A stretch of DNA of 30,169 nt from Fonticula alba ATCC 38817 (GCA_000388065.2 KB932201.1); one strand, 5' to 3'; shown: positions 11,803-27,400, numbered from the stretch's first letter. Made by a program: numbers and translations. The notes: generated from the sequence alone by a model not told the origin.

Positions 11803-12897
11803 TGAGTGGTGACGTCCGTGCTTGGGGTGGGGCTGGGGGGCGGGCTCCAACGCTCTGGCGCTCCTCTGCCGCGCAAGGAGCGCCATGGCAGAGGGCCGCC
11901 AGGTGGCATCTTCGCGCCGCCGAGCCCCCCCCCCCCTCTCCCCTCTCCCTCGCCTCTTCCTCTCGGCCAGTGCGCCACACAATATATCACATCTCACTCT
12001 TGTCTGCCATGTTCGTGTGCGTGCGTGTGTGCACCACCTAGCATTACTTGCCTTGCTGCGTCCACTGTATCTTTCAAGAGCGCGTATGCCTCTGTGTGCG
12101 TGCGTGCGTGTGTGTGTGTGTGCGTGTGCATGCGCATACCTGGGCGTCTGCGGCCGTCCTCCCCCCCCCCCGGCAGTCAGGACAACCCACAGTCGGGTCC
12201 GCCGCTGATGCATTGGCACATGCGGTAGCATTCTTTGTGGAGCTCCGGTCCCGTGGAACTCACGTGCGTTTGTGCCGACGCATTGCCCCGTCCCTCCCCA
12301 CGGTGTCGCCGCGCCCACCCCGGGCCAGGATTCCCGCGCTTGCCGCCTGCATGCGCCCCATTAGTCCCTCTCTCTCGCCCGGGGCCATTACTGCCCCCCC
12401 CCCCCCTGGCCTCGGCCCCGTGTCCGCTCTGGGGATGGTGCGCGGGCATCCTTTCGGACCGGGGCACCGAGTGCGTGTCTGACCGTGTGTCTGCGTGTGC
12501 CTCAAGAAAATCCCCCCACCCGCAACGATTGCACCAGCAAAGCAATCTCCTCCTCCCCACCTCCTCGATCATCGCCTCCTCCGCCCCCTTCTCCGCCCCC
12601 CTGCCTCCCTCTCTCTCTCTCCCCTCTTTCCCATTCCTGCCACGACGAGAACCATCATCCGAGGAGATCGCCGCGCGCTCCGCCAGCCCGACACACGCAC
12701 AACCATCCTCCCCCTCGAGTGACGACCGTCTGCGCGCGTGGACTGTGTTGCCCCCCACCCCCCTTTTGAATTGAGTATCGGTGCGCCCTTTGCTTGGCTC
12801 CTTGGTCGTCATCGCCGAACTGCGCTAACTCCAGCGCCCGCGATCGATCACCTCCCCCCCCCCCCCCCCTCACACACACGTATTTATATTTCCAGCC

Positions 12898-14529
12898 ATG
12901 GATCCCTATGATGCGATCATGGCCGGAATGGCGTCGGGTGCCCCGGCTGCCGGGGCTGCTCCGACGCCGACCTCCCCTCGCGAGGACGACCTGTCACCAA
13001 ACGAGCAGGCCGTGCTGAAGCTCCTCCGGAGCCAGAACGGGGTGCGCCCAAGGCTCGGCACACATTGCTCTCCCCCGTGCCCCCCCCCCCCCTTTCCCCC
13101 CTCTTACTTTGCCACAGACCATGCATGACGCGCCCGCTGATTGAAACTCACCCGTCGCCTCCTCTCCCGCGCTGCAGGGACAACTGACCAACGAGGTTTT
13201 GGAAGCGGAGCTGCCAATCCCTCTAGAAGAGCGAGCAGTTGCCATCAATGCCCTCTCTCGACGGGTGCGCCATTGTTCCCTCGGCCCGGCCCTCTCTCCC
13301 GCCCCCTTGGCCAGCCGCGGGTGTCGCTGACGTTGCTTTTTCATGACCACGCCCGGTGCTGACCCCACCCTTCCGTCCTCCCTCCCCCCCCCCCCATCTC
13401 TCTCTCTCTCTCTCGCATCAGGGCATGCTCACTTTTGTCCGGATCGGCAACAATGTCGCCTACATGGAGGTCCAGCCGGAGGAGGTCGTCAAGTGCGTCG
13501 TGCCTCCCCCTCGTATTCGCTCCTCCAAACTACCTCTTGTTCTGACCACCTACTCCCTGCAATGCGGGCGGGATGCATGAATCCCCAGACTTCAGTCCAT
13601 GAACCAGGACGAGCGCCTGGTGTACACCCTTATCAAGCAGTCCGATGACAAGGGCATCTGGACCCGGGAACTCCGGACCCGAGCCAACCTGCAGCAGGTC
13701 CAGCTGCAGCGGATCCTGCGTGCACTGGAGACACGCAAGATCGTCAAGAGTCTGAAGAGTGTCGAGAGTAAGAACAAGAAGATCTACATGCTTTTTGAGA
13801 TCGAGCCCTCCCGACAGGTGACCGGCGGCGCGTGGTACAATGAGCAGGAGTTCGACTCGGAGTTCTTGGGGATCCTACGTGACCAAACCTATCGCTTCAT
13901 CGCCGAGAGGGTGCGTGGTGTTTTTTTTCGTTCTTTTTTTTTTATTCAGACCCTTCTCTCTTGCGGTATACTCTGGCCTCCCGTCTCTCGCTGAGACATC
14001 TCCATGTGCTTGCCGCCGCCACTGCGGCATCCCCATACTTACTGTGTCTTTTTGTGACCCCCCCTCCCTCCCCTCCCCTGGGTGGTCGGTCCACGCGCGA
14101 CCACCTACCTCTCGTGTATGCCCACTCGCCCATGCACCGATGGATGCGCCCACACATCAGAGCATGCCCCGCGGCAACAGTGTCCTGCCCCTGTCCCACG
14201 TTGGGTATGCCACGGTCGAGGATGTGGTCGCGCACATCGCCAGCACCCGAGTCAGCAAGGTGCCTCTGAAGGCCGAGGACATCGAGTGCATCATCACCTC
14301 GCTCATCTATGATGGGACAGTGGAGAAGTTGCAGAATGGCACCTACCGTGCCTTGGTCCGTCGGGCCACCGGGGCCGGGGTCAGTCTTGGATCGGCCGGG
14401 CGCGACCCCACCCGTAGCGGCCTCACCAACATTCCCTGTGGGCACTGCCAGCTTTTGAACTTCTGCAAGGCCGATGGCCCGGTCAACCCGATGAATTGCG
14501 AATATTTCTCCAAGTGGTTCGACCTTTGA
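12898..14529 (+). CDS. RPC34: DNA-directed RNA polymerase III subunit C34/RPC6 (5 exons, 330 aa)
   Basis: Exons 12898-13041, 13178-13264, 13422-13492, 13589-13910, 14161-14529. Motifs: ERLVYTLIKQSDDKGIWTREL, LETRKIVKSLKSVESKNKKIYMLFEIEPSRQVTGGAWY, EDIECIITSLIYDG, and the C-terminal PCGHC-x5-C-x10-C. Confidence 0.95.
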
Positions 14530-14669
14530 GAGGAGCGAGGCCCGGCGGAAGAGCCCGCTGTAATGCCTCCCCTGTCTCCCCTTGACCTGGTGTCGTGTCA
14601 GGCTGTTGATCGAGTGGGGGCAACTGTGCAGCGGCACTTCCCCCTGCTCTGATCCGCCGGTGCGACCCA

Positions 14670-14671
<2 letters not shown>

Positions 14672-14703
<32 letters not shown>
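14672..14703 (+). repeat. (CA)n microsatellite between the convergent RPC34 and GPR89 3' ends
   Basis: Directly visible. Confidence 0.95.
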
Positions 14704-14705
<2 letters not shown>

Positions 14706-14829
14706 GAACGCACACACGCCAAAGGCACATGGGCCATGTGTCGGGTACACCGCAACCGGACACATGAGGCGCTGGTTTACATGGAAAGAGGAATCTAAAG
14801 GTATATGGATGTGGAATGAATGCCGCGCA

Positions 14830-15193
14830 TCAGAGACGCATCATGGCTTCCGATCGGGCAGGGGGGATGACCACACTTCCCCAAACATTTGCTTCGTCCG
14901 CGGCCACAGCGGCCTCGGCATGGCGCTGGCGCACGAAGCTCAGGATGGCTGCCACACCGGTAAGACAGGCGGCCATCAGGAAGACAAGGTCAAACCAGTG
15001 CGTGAACACCCGGAAGGCCAGCCGAGCACCACCAAGCACGGCGGTCACCGCCGAGTGTGCCGCGTCCGGGAGGTTCCCCCGAAGTTGGAGAACACAGGCA
15101 CACGCGTAAGCACCCTGGAGCTGGGCCATCAGCAGAGCCAGGTGCGCACCCGACTGTGAGGTCGACAGCGAGTGGAAGAGCTGAGCGGCGATG

Positions 15194-15224
<31 letters not shown>

Positions 15225-16869
15225 AGGGCAGGGGGAGGGAGATAGAGAAGCTCGTTGGAGGTCAGTCGGAAGGACCGCCCTCACAGGCGGTGACAGATGA
15301 CATGCTACAGTTGGTGCGCACCTTGATGAAGTGGAAGAGGAACCCCCGGACATTGGTGAACACCAGGATGCCAATCAGCAGGAAGGAAATGTGCACCCCA
15401 AGGGCATTCAGCGAGAGGGCGGTGGCCTGCTCGGCGCCAAGGTACTGACTGACCAGGCCGAGGGCGCGCGACACCGGGTCAATGTGGGGCCCGGCGCGGG
15501 GGCCTGCGCCGCTATCGCCGATGCCCCCACCGCCGGCTGCCGCGGCAGACAGGACATTTATCACGCTCATGAGAAGGCGGTAGGCACCGTAGAAGGAAAG
15601 GACATGGCCAAGGGCGTCCAAATACCTTCCATGTAGAGTCTGGCTGAAGGCCCGGCGGTTGAAGGCATTGCGAATGGCGCTGAGAGTCGAAAAGTGACGG
15701 CTCTGCACAAGCTCCAGGGCGGCGATGTTGCCCTCAAGCTCGTGGATGTTGGCAAGCAGGTTGGCCGCTGCCTTGGCGCCGGAGGGAGCGGCTATGGTCC
15801 GGAGTTAGCTCGGGGGGGGGNNNNNNNNNNNNNNNNNGGGGGATAAATGAGCAGGGCGATGGCCGCCCAAATTCGTGGACATCTTGCGCTGCCGAAGAGG
15901 CAGCGGGCCTGGGGCAGGGCATGTACCTTCGACCGGTGCGACGTCGGGGAAAAGGGCCGAAAAGAACGATTGCGCCGAACGTAGCCCGACAGACATGGTA
16001 TCGCTCATGGGGGCGCCTTTGTCTCGAAGGGCTTGGCCGTGAGCGGAAAGACTGGCCGCCTCGGGAGGGCCACCGCCGGAAGAGAGGCGCCGCCCGGCCT
16101 GGAGCTCGGCATACCGGTTCTCCAGAGTGGCCAGGCGCAAGCGCTGGGCATACAGCTGCCGGACGAACAGCCGGAGCTGGGCCTCCTGATGTCTGATGGT
16201 ACTGATGTCGACCGAGCGGGCACTGGCATTCGCGGGCAGGTGCCATGAGGGGGCATGGTAGGGGTCGGGAGAGGGGGGGGGGGGGGAGAAGCGGTGTCAA
16301 TAGTCCGCGGGCAACGGCTCGATCCATGTCCGGATGGAAGGCAGGGGGGCGCACCCAATGAAGCGCGTCATGTTGGAGTACGGGCCGTTGACGGCACCAT
16401 AGCCGGCCAGCAGGGCCGACAGGGTGATGCCAATGATGGCCACCCGGCCGAAGAGGGCCTCAATGGAGAAGATATCTGCCAAACGTGGGCAACGATATGG
16501 GAGTAGGGGCCGAAGACGCTGAGTCAGACGGCTGAAGGGGGGGGGGGGGGGGAGAGGACCCGAGATGGCCGGAGAACCGATGACGCACTGAAAGAGGTGG
16601 AAATGGGGAACCAGAAGCCGATCAGAAAGAAGCCGATCAGATACATGCAATAGGCCACGGTGCCACATAGAATCCGAAACATGGAAGGTGCTTGCCCTGG
16701 TGGTGGCGGGCATGTGGACCAAGGCAGGGGGGAGGGGGATAGATATCCAAAGAGAGAGGGAGGGAGAGGGGGGGAGGACATTAGCGTCGAGGTGACACGG
16801 GCACGAGGTACGAGTACGAATGTTCAAATCAAGAATAGGGACCGAGAGGATGGAAAGCGAGAGGGAGGA

Positions 16870-16922
<53 letters not shown>

Positions 16923-17592
16923 CAGCACGCACCGGGGCTTCGAACAATCAGAAAGATTTGAAAGCCCGGAATGACTACCGACGAGAGGATGGATGTGGCG
17001 AGAAGCTCGAATTGCCAAACACGCTTGCGGAACCTGTCGGGCCATCATGGATGTCAGTATTGGGAAGGTAACTCCACCAGCCCACACGCACATGAGCCGC
17101 GGGGAGGACAAGATGACCCGTCACGCACCAAGGATCGCCAGCTTGCGCCAGCTCCAGGATGATCAGACACAGGAGCATGCCGCTGAATACGAAGGATCCG
17201 AGGAAGAGGGCCCGTACCCGGAGCCCGGTCGCATGGGGATCCAGGAACAGCGCAAGAAGAGGGCGCACAAGTCGCCCACGGCCCAGCGAGCCGAGTGTTC
17301 CCCGGAGGCCACGAGGAGCCGCGTCGCTTGGTGGGCCGCTGGCGTGGCCGTCGTCGCCGAGGGTCCCGCGCAGCGGCGGCCCCGATGAGGTGGACCTCCA
17401 CCGGCGGGACAGAGCCCACCCGGTCGGGCTCCTCTGGCTGCCGCCGGCGCTCGGGGACGATGTGAGGCTAGAGAAGGAGTACCCCTTGAAGAGGCGCTCG
17501 GAGAAGAGGTAGTCCCCCAGCAGGGCCAGGACCGCATGGAGAAGCAGCACCAGCGCCGCGTCCTTCAGCAAGGAGAAGGACAGCGGGACCAT
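14830..17592 (-). CDS. GPR89: GPR89/GPHR Golgi pH regulator (plant GTG-like) multi-pass membrane protein (7 exons, 636 aa)
   Basis: Exons (minus strand) 17592-17129, 17033-16933, 16696-16589, 16475-16355, 16222-15927, 15791-15322, 15180-14830, with consistent phases. Family motifs: RLFKGY, FSIEALFGRVAIIGITLSALLAGYGAVNGPY, FSQTLHGRYL, DPVSRALGL, HISFLLIGILVFTNVRGFL, LLMAQLQGAY, HWFDLVFLMAA. Confidence 0.9.
16873..16921 (-). repeat. Intronic (TC)n microsatellite (GPR89 intron 2; GA on the + strand)
   Basis: Directly visible. Confidence 0.95.
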
Positions 17593-19144
17593 TTTTCACG
17601 GCCGCTCATCGGGCGCGAGGGGAGGGGGTGGAAAGCGGCAAAGTACAACAAACGAGCCGGAGAGCAGGGGCGGCGAGGAGCGAAGTGGGGCGTGGTCGAC
17701 GGTGGTGCTTGGCCAACTGGGGCATCCTTTTCCTTTCGCCGGATCGACTCCGGCCGTGCAGCCGCGGACCCCCCCCCCCCCCCCTCGGGCAATCTCGAGG
17801 CCGATCGGCCGCGGATCGGCACCGCCATCCCCGTTGGAGCGGGTGCTGGTTTTGTGTGTGGCGATCTAGGGGGGTGGGCGGGGTGGTGACCAGATCAGGT
17901 GCTGGCAACACCGCTCGGACAGTTGGCACACGCCAGGATGCATTCCTGGCTCCCGCCCCATTCATGACATTGCAAGAGGCCATTTCCGGCGGGGCGCCCG
18001 GGTGAAGGTGCGCGTGCGCGCGTACGTTCATGAAGCGTCTTCACGGTGAGGGGGCGGAGGGGGGGCCTGCCAGAAGGGGGGACGCGGAGCGGAGTGGCAG
18101 TCGCAGAGGGCTCTGCGACGGTGACGGACCGGAGGTGGCGAGCCGGCGCTCGCATCCGCGCGGGCCTGTTGACGCGCGATGGTTGACATTCCACGGGGTA
18201 GGGTTAATGTTGTCGGTGCGCGCGCGCGTGTACATGCGTGTGGGTAAGTGCGTGTGGGGGTGGCAGGGGGGGCGGGGGGGACTCCCCAGTGCCCGGATGA
18301 GACCCGAACCGGCGAGGCGCGCCAAGTCCGTTTCCCGGCCTGGTCCTCGCGCCGGCATGTGTTTGCGGCGCCAAGCGGCAGATGGAGGCTGGGGGGGGGG
18401 GGGGCTGGGGCTCAATGTGGCTCGGGGACAAAACACCGGGGACGGGTGGCCTCGAGTCGGCTACTTGCCCGTGGGTTGGACTCCCGGCCTTGGTGCGGTG
18501 CATCGGGGGCATATATCTCATTATATTAACATTGTATTCCCCGCCGGAACCCGCTCGGGAGGGGCTCCTGTGCAACGGGGAGACGCCCCGCTGGGGTCTC
18601 GGGGCGGCCCTGCCCCCCCCCGCCTCCCCCTGCTGGACGTCGACCGAAAGCAGCGACCCCCAATGCGCTGTCCAACCCCAGTGGTATGGTGAGTGTGCGG
18701 TGCCCGAACGTGCGTGTGTGCAGCTTTCCTCCCGGTCCTCTGGTGTCCCCGGCCCCGGGGTCGGCGAGGGGGAGGCTGCTTTTTCGGGTGCCACCCTCGC
18801 CCCGGAGCGGCCCCGACTCGGGGACAGATAGAATCTGCCGGATTCTGCTTTTCTCCCTTTGCCCTCCACCTCTTCCCTCTCCTCCTCCCATTGCCGCGCA
18901 CCGCCCCTCCTGTGGACGTATGCTTCCCTCACCCCCTCCCCCCCCCTCACATTGTGTCCCTTACCTGTGCCTCGCCTCTCTTTCCTTCTCTCCCTCTCTC
19001 CCTCTCTTTCTCTCTCTTCCCCTCCCCTGACCGACTATTGCCCACGCTTCCCTGCTGCTGCCCCGCGCCCTTCCACGCCCGATAGGCTGCACCCTCTTGC
19101 CCCCTTACTCCCTCTCTCTCGTCCGTCCCTACCCACGGACCAAC
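17593..19144. promoter_or_regulatory. Divergent intergenic/promoter region between GPR89 (-) and the LIM-CH gene (+)
   Basis: Head-to-head gene orientation, poly-C 17769-17784, poly-G 18391-18404 and an AT-rich patch near 18510-18540. Promoter function is inferred from geometry only. Confidence 0.5.
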
Positions 19145-21569
<2,425 letters not shown>

Positions 21570-21637
21570 GTGCCACCGCGGGCGCGTAGGGTGCTGGCCC
21601 GGGGGGGGGGGGAGGATGCACTCCTGCTGTCAGCGGG

Positions 21638-21678
<41 letters not shown>

Positions 21679-22259
21679 CTGTCCCCGGACGTCATGTACC
21701 TCTCTCATCCCCTTCTCCCCTCTCCCTCTCTTTCTCTCTCTTTCCCTCTTTCTCTCTGCGTGTCTGTGTGTATATGTACAGGTGCATATGCGTCAATAGA
21801 GCTGTATGAGTTTTGTTGGTCCTTTTTTTGTCCTGCCCTTTGCTCTCTACCCCCCCCCCCCTGTATCTGTCTCTCATGCATGCGCCATGGACACACATGC
21901 ATGCAAATGCATGGAGATCCATACACACCTGTGGCTTGACACCCCCCTGAGGTGCCTGGTCAGCTTGGTGGGCGGGCTTTTTTTTACCCTGTCAGCTGTT
22001 CGCGTGGACACACAGGGCAGTGCAGGGTTTTCTTTCTGTTCATTTAACGCTGCGAGGTCCCCCCCCCCTCTCCTCCCCCTGTGGACCAGGAGGAGTATAT
22101 AGGACACGGTGCTTCGGCAGGGGTGGAGAAATGTGTATTTTACGGCGGCCAGGGTCGGCTGGAGAGCCGCGGCCCGGGGGGCGTGGCCACACGCCCTCAC
22201 AGCCCGAGGCGGTCGCAGGAGATTGTGTCGGTGCAGATGCCCAACCGAGGGAAGACCCC

Positions 22260-23011
22260 TTAAGAGGACGAGGTGTTCCGGCGGCCATCAATCCAACGGA
22301 GAGAGGCATCGTAACCTGCCCGCGGGCCAGCCGAGGCGTCATAATCCACGCGAAGGGGCCGACCGCCCAGGCGACGGCCATGCGCGTCCTCCACTGCCTT
22401 CTTGGTGGAGAGGCCGCTCTCAAACTGAATGTAGGCGAATCTATGACAGAGACGTGTGTGTGTGTGTGTGTGTGTGTGCACGCGCGCGCGTAGAGAGGGG
22501 AGGACGAGGTCAGTCAGGAGGCACCACAGCAGGGCAACACCACATCCGGCTGGTGGGCGTGTACGCACCCCTTGAAGCGACCGGTCATGCTGCACAGCCC
22601 GGGGCGGACATCGGTCACAGCGCCATACCGCTCGAAGAGCTTGCGCAGGGAGGCCAGCGTGGCGCTGGTGTTGGACGCGTCGTTCTCGGCACTGGTCGAC
22701 ACAGCCGAGTAGGGCAGGTTCCCGACGTAGATGTTGCGCGGGCCGTCCTCGGTGCCGGCCCCCGGGGGAGCCGGACCGCGGACCATGTGCCGATCAGTGG
22801 CATGCCCGCGAGCCCGGTCGATGTCCAGGTACCGGCCATCCAGAACCTGACCATTGAGGGCCAGCGCGGCGACCACGGCCGGATGGGCCGCAGCCTCGGC
22901 GTCCTCGTCATCGGAGTCCGGACCCTGGCCGTCCTTGGCAAAGGTAATGTGACAGTAGCCCATGCAGCGGCCGGAGTCACGGAACTTCGGCAAGTTGAGA
23001 TGCCTGTGCAG

Positions 23012-23046
<35 letters not shown>

Positions 23047-23434
23047 TGTGTGTGTGGGAATGGGCGAGAGTTAGAGGCTGGGCTGGAAGTGCCGAAGGTG
23101 GGGGCCGGGGAGGGAGGGGCAGAACGCACTCGATCGGGCCGCAGCCGGCGAAAAACTTGCGGATTGCCGCCTCGGTGGACTCATACGCCAGGCCTGAGAC
23201 ATACACCGTGCGCCTGAGGCCGGGAGCCGCCTCACCCAGGGGCGCATCAGCCGGGGCAGGTGCCGAGTCGGCCGATTGCGCGGCAGCCTGGGCCTGTGCC
23301 TCGGCGTGAAGGGCTTTCCGGGCGGCGACAGAGTTGCTGCCACGGGCCAGATGTGCGTACTTCTCGGTGGTGGCCTTGGCGGCCTGGGCCCGGGCAAGCT
23401 GCCGGCGCTTGCGCTTCTCGGAGCCGGAGACCAT
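22260..23434 (-). CDS. Two-RRM RNA-binding protein, nucleolar Nop13/Nsr1/RBM34-like (3 exons, 306 aa)
   Basis: Exons (minus strand) 23434-23130, 23003-22569, 22440-22260. The N-terminus is basic (EKRKRRQ). RRM1 has TVYVSGL and GRCMGYCHITF; RRM2 has NIYVGNLPY, RFKGFAYIQF and LGGRPLRVDY. The exact ortholog cannot be resolved by eye. Confidence 0.88.
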
Positions 23435-24403
23435 CGCAGGGGATGTGCGGGAAGGGAGAGGGGAACGGGGGAGGGGGGAGAGGGGGGGGGGGGGGAGAGG
23501 GAGGAAAAGATGGTGCGGGGACGGGGGGAGGGAGCAGGGGAGGGGCGAGGGAGAGGCACGGGGGCATGCTTTCGGGGGCGTCACTGCCCCGGATGCAGGG
23601 CGCGGCCCCTTCTCCCCGGGTGTGGTCGCCGGTTCTCCCCCGCCCCCGGTGTCCGCCTCGGGCCGAGCCCAGCCCCGGCGACCATGCGGCGGCGATCTTG
23701 ACCGAATGGCTTTGTGCGCGTCGGCGGTGCGCAAACGCGCCGCGCGTGAGCCGCCCTCAGACCCGTGCGCCCCCGGGCGCGGATGCGGGCGGCGGCCGGC
23801 GGGCGGCGGGAGAACAGGGACGGGGCCGGGACCCGTGCGGTCCACGCGCCGAGCGTCCAAGTGCCCATCCTCGCGCGTGATCTACGATTTCAGATCCGCG
23901 GCTCGCACGGCTCCATTGTCAGTCCGGTCCACTCACAAACGTGTGCCCTCTAACAGGGCCGGCCGCGGCGGGCTCTGTTCCCCGCCGCCTCCGCCGCCGC
24001 CGCCGCCGGGGCGCGGGTGTTTACGAGACCGTCCTGCGGTCGGACCCCGACCGCCGGCCGTGCATCAGCTGCCTCGGCCAGGCGGGATGTTGCTCCCCCA
24101 AAGTGCGAGGGAAGGGCTGATACCGGGGGGGGGGGAGGGGGTGCGCGATCGTGCAGGGTCCCTGCCCAACGCGACCGGTTTGAGTGGAGTACCGACTCAA
24201 GCGACCCGAAGGCGCGCCTCTCGGCCAGGGCGGCGCCCCGGCAGGCACACCGCTTCTCCCACCCGCTTTTTCCTCTCTCTCTCCCTCTCTCCTCCTCATT
24301 GGTGATCTTCCCCCTGCTCGTGCTCGTTGCCCACTCCACCCACCTTTCACTCTCTCCCGGACTTGTGGCCCAGCCTTTTGCCTTCCGCACACTTCTCCGG
24401 GCC
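23435..24403. promoter_or_regulatory. Divergent intergenic/promoter region between the RRM gene (-) and the P-loop gene (+)
   Basis: Head-to-head orientation, a (CCG)n tract ~23982-24006, poly-G 24125-24135 and CT-rich leaders toward each ATG. Function is inferred. Confidence 0.5.
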
Positions 24404-27400
24404 ATGCTCGCGCCGCTCGCTCGCCGCTCCGCCCGGGCCGCCTCTCTCCTGCCCGGCCGGGGCTCGGTTATCTCGCACGGGGCACGCACGGCCGCGGCGC
24501 TCGTTAGCCCCGCCACCTCGGAGTCCCTCCCGCCGGCCGGTCTGTATGGCCGCGCCCCCAGCCGGGGGATTGTCCTTTTCCGCGCGCGGATGGCGCGGGC
24601 CCGCGGAACGCAGCTGCCCTTGACGCCAAGCGCCCCGACGGCCACCGTCCCGCCCTCCTCGGCCCAGGGCACCCTGTCGCCCATCCAGCTCCCTGAGCAG
24701 ATGCCCTTCCTGACCATTCAACGCTATCTGGACAAGCCGCTCCAGTGTACGCCCCGCTGCGCGCGCTCTTTCTCTCCCCCTCGCCCTCTCGGCCTCTGGT
24801 GCATGTCCCCCCCCCCATTGCATGTCATGCTCACCCTCCTATCGGCGTGGGGTCGGCCTCTCCGTGACCCAGCGAATATGTTGTTGCTCATTGGCCAGCG
24901 GGGCATCGGCAAGACGCGCCTCATCGATCGGACCCTGGCGCGACTGGCGCACCCGAACATCCGGCTCCCGGGCGAGGAGGCCGGCGCGCCGGAGCGCCCA
25001 GGCTCGGCATCCGCCACGGCTGGCGACCTCGGTGGCCGGGTGGCCCTCGGTCTGGTGGATCCCACCGACCAGGACGTCCACACGATGCCGGGCATCCGTC
25101 CGCCAGCTCCCTACTCCCTGGATGAGGGGACCCTCTTTGCGGCCAATCCCCCGGTCCGCAGCGTGTCCACCATAACCACGGGGCTGGTGCCAATGCGCGC
25201 CATCCCGGACGCCCCGGCACGGGTGTTCTTCGACGGCCAGGCCCCGACCGGGCCGGCCGGTGCATCTCGGCGTCTGGTGGTCTTCCAGGGTTTCGATGGC
25301 TGCCGCACGCCGCTGGACTTTGGAGTCGGGTCGCCGCTCTGGGAGCAGGTGTCCCCAGCGTCCCCGGCCCCCTTTCACCAGCGCCTCCGCGGCTTGGAGC
25401 TGTCCTTCTCGCAGGTGCGCTCGCGTGCGGCGGCACCCGGCCCCCCCCCCCCCCCCTCGCGAGGGGGTGCGCATCCGCCCAATGCTGACCTCCGCCCTCT
25501 CGCCCACACGCAGGCCTTCACCAATGCGCCGTCCAATGTTTTTGAAGCCCTGCGCGATCGCCTGCACCGGGTCCCCTCGGAGCACCCGGTGACGCACTTT
25601 GCCGCGGCGGCCGACGACCCAAACTGCCCCCGGCTGCGGTATAGCTCCAATGCGCCGCCCGATTACCGGTCATCCAACCGGGTGCCGAGTCTTGGAATCG
25701 GGGTGGCCGCACGCGTGAGCCAGCACCTGGGCGACCTGGCCGCCGGGCGGGCCCTGGCTGACACGGTGCTCGACTATTCGGCCGTCGATGCGGCTCTGCT
25801 CACCTCGGTGCTGGTGCGTATTGGGCATGGCCCCTGTGCTTCTTGCCTCCGTCACGGCCCACCGCTTCCTCCTCTGCCCGCCTGCTCATCGGCCCGCCTG
25901 CCTGTCCACTCACCGGTCCCCCCCCCCCCCCCTCCACCTGCCCATATGCCACCCCGTGTGTTTGCAATTCCACGCGTTGCAGGAAAAGCTGAAGACCGCC
26001 GAGCCGACTGCCTGGCTGGCGGCCATCGAGGCGGAGCTGCTCCCTCAGGTCCGACTTCGCGGCGAGCCAGCGACACAGGATGCCGGGAGCCTCGGCCCCC
26101 GTTCGAATGATGCTGCCCGACTGGTGGGCCTGCTGGTGGATGCCCTTGCCGGGGCTGAGCACCGGCAGGCATGCCGCCGAGCGACCGAGCCGCTCGATGC
26201 CGCAGGCACTCGCGATGGTGCTCTCACACTGCCGGCCTTGCTGGAGCTGGCGTCTGTGGCCTCTGGCCAGGGGACCGTCATCAACTTGGTCCTCCGGGGG
26301 TTCGGCTCCTCGGCGGATGGCAGCCGAGAGGTGGTTTACCAGTCCGGACCTCCGACCGGGCCGCCCCCTCCCTTCCGCCCGACTCCTGCGCCGCCGGGCC
26401 TCTCCGCCTCCGACGAGTATGACCTCCGTCGGGAGTATGCCTTGTTTGATTCCATGTTCGCGCGGTACTGGGTACGCTGCTGCCCGCGGGCCCTGGGGAA
26501 TTCGGCCTGCCCTTCGTCCCGCTAACTGGTCGTCCCCCTCCCCCCCCCCCCCCGCTGCCCCCTCCTACCGCGCAGGGCAATGAGTTTGACGGTTTCAACC
26601 TCAGCGCCCCGATGCTGGTGGACATGTCCGACTCTTCCTTCATGCGTGTGGACACCGAGGATAAGATTTTGGTTCGTGTGGCGGCTTTTTGCCGGCTCCT
26701 CCCGGCCTCGTCCCTCTGTCTTCCGGCCTGTTCCTGACCCCCGTCTCCGTTGCTCCCTCGCCCCCCCCCCTCCCCCGCCCGGCTGTCCGTGCGACGGTGT
26801 GCCGTGCCACGCGCAGCTGGCCTTCCGCTCGCATCGCGTTCGCATGGCCGAGATGCAGCCCGCCCACTGGCTCAGTGCGGAGATTGCCCTCGGGCGGGAG
26901 CTGGCGCCACTGCTGGGCCTAGAGCGCACGGCCCCGGAGCTGAGATTCCCCCTGGACGAGTGGGACTTCCAGCCGATTGAGCAGGCCCAGGTGAGCATGG
27001 ATTTGGTCCTGCATCGCCAGGGGAAGCTGGTCTCCTCCAACCCCCGGACCCTGGACTCGGATGTCGGGCGCAAGTACCTCGCGTACCTGGACCGGGAAAT
27101 TCCCCGATCCGTGGGAGACTTCCTGCCGGTGTTGGCGAACCGCCTGGCTCGACTTCGGGCGTCCGGGTCCCTTGGGGCCCTGGCTGGCCTGCTGCACCCG
27201 CTGCGTCTGCTCCACGAGCCGGCGCGCATGATCGATTCGCGCCAGCCGCCCTATCCCTCGGCCGAGACGCCCAATGTCCTGGCCTACATGAAGTACCTGC
27301 TGCGGCCGCTCTGGTCCAAGGGTGATCCGTGGGCCGAGTCCGCCTGGCGCGGCTACCACCGGGACCTGCACCAGTACCTGGGCACGGCCCCGGGGGATCT

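Noticed and set aside
18686-19085. ATG followed by GTGAGT donor (18689), acceptor 18827 and further splice-like sites as an N-terminal extension of the LIM-CH gene
   Set aside because: The joined frame hits a stop and is out of frame with ATG 19145. At most this is a spliced 5' UTR, so it was left out of the donor count.
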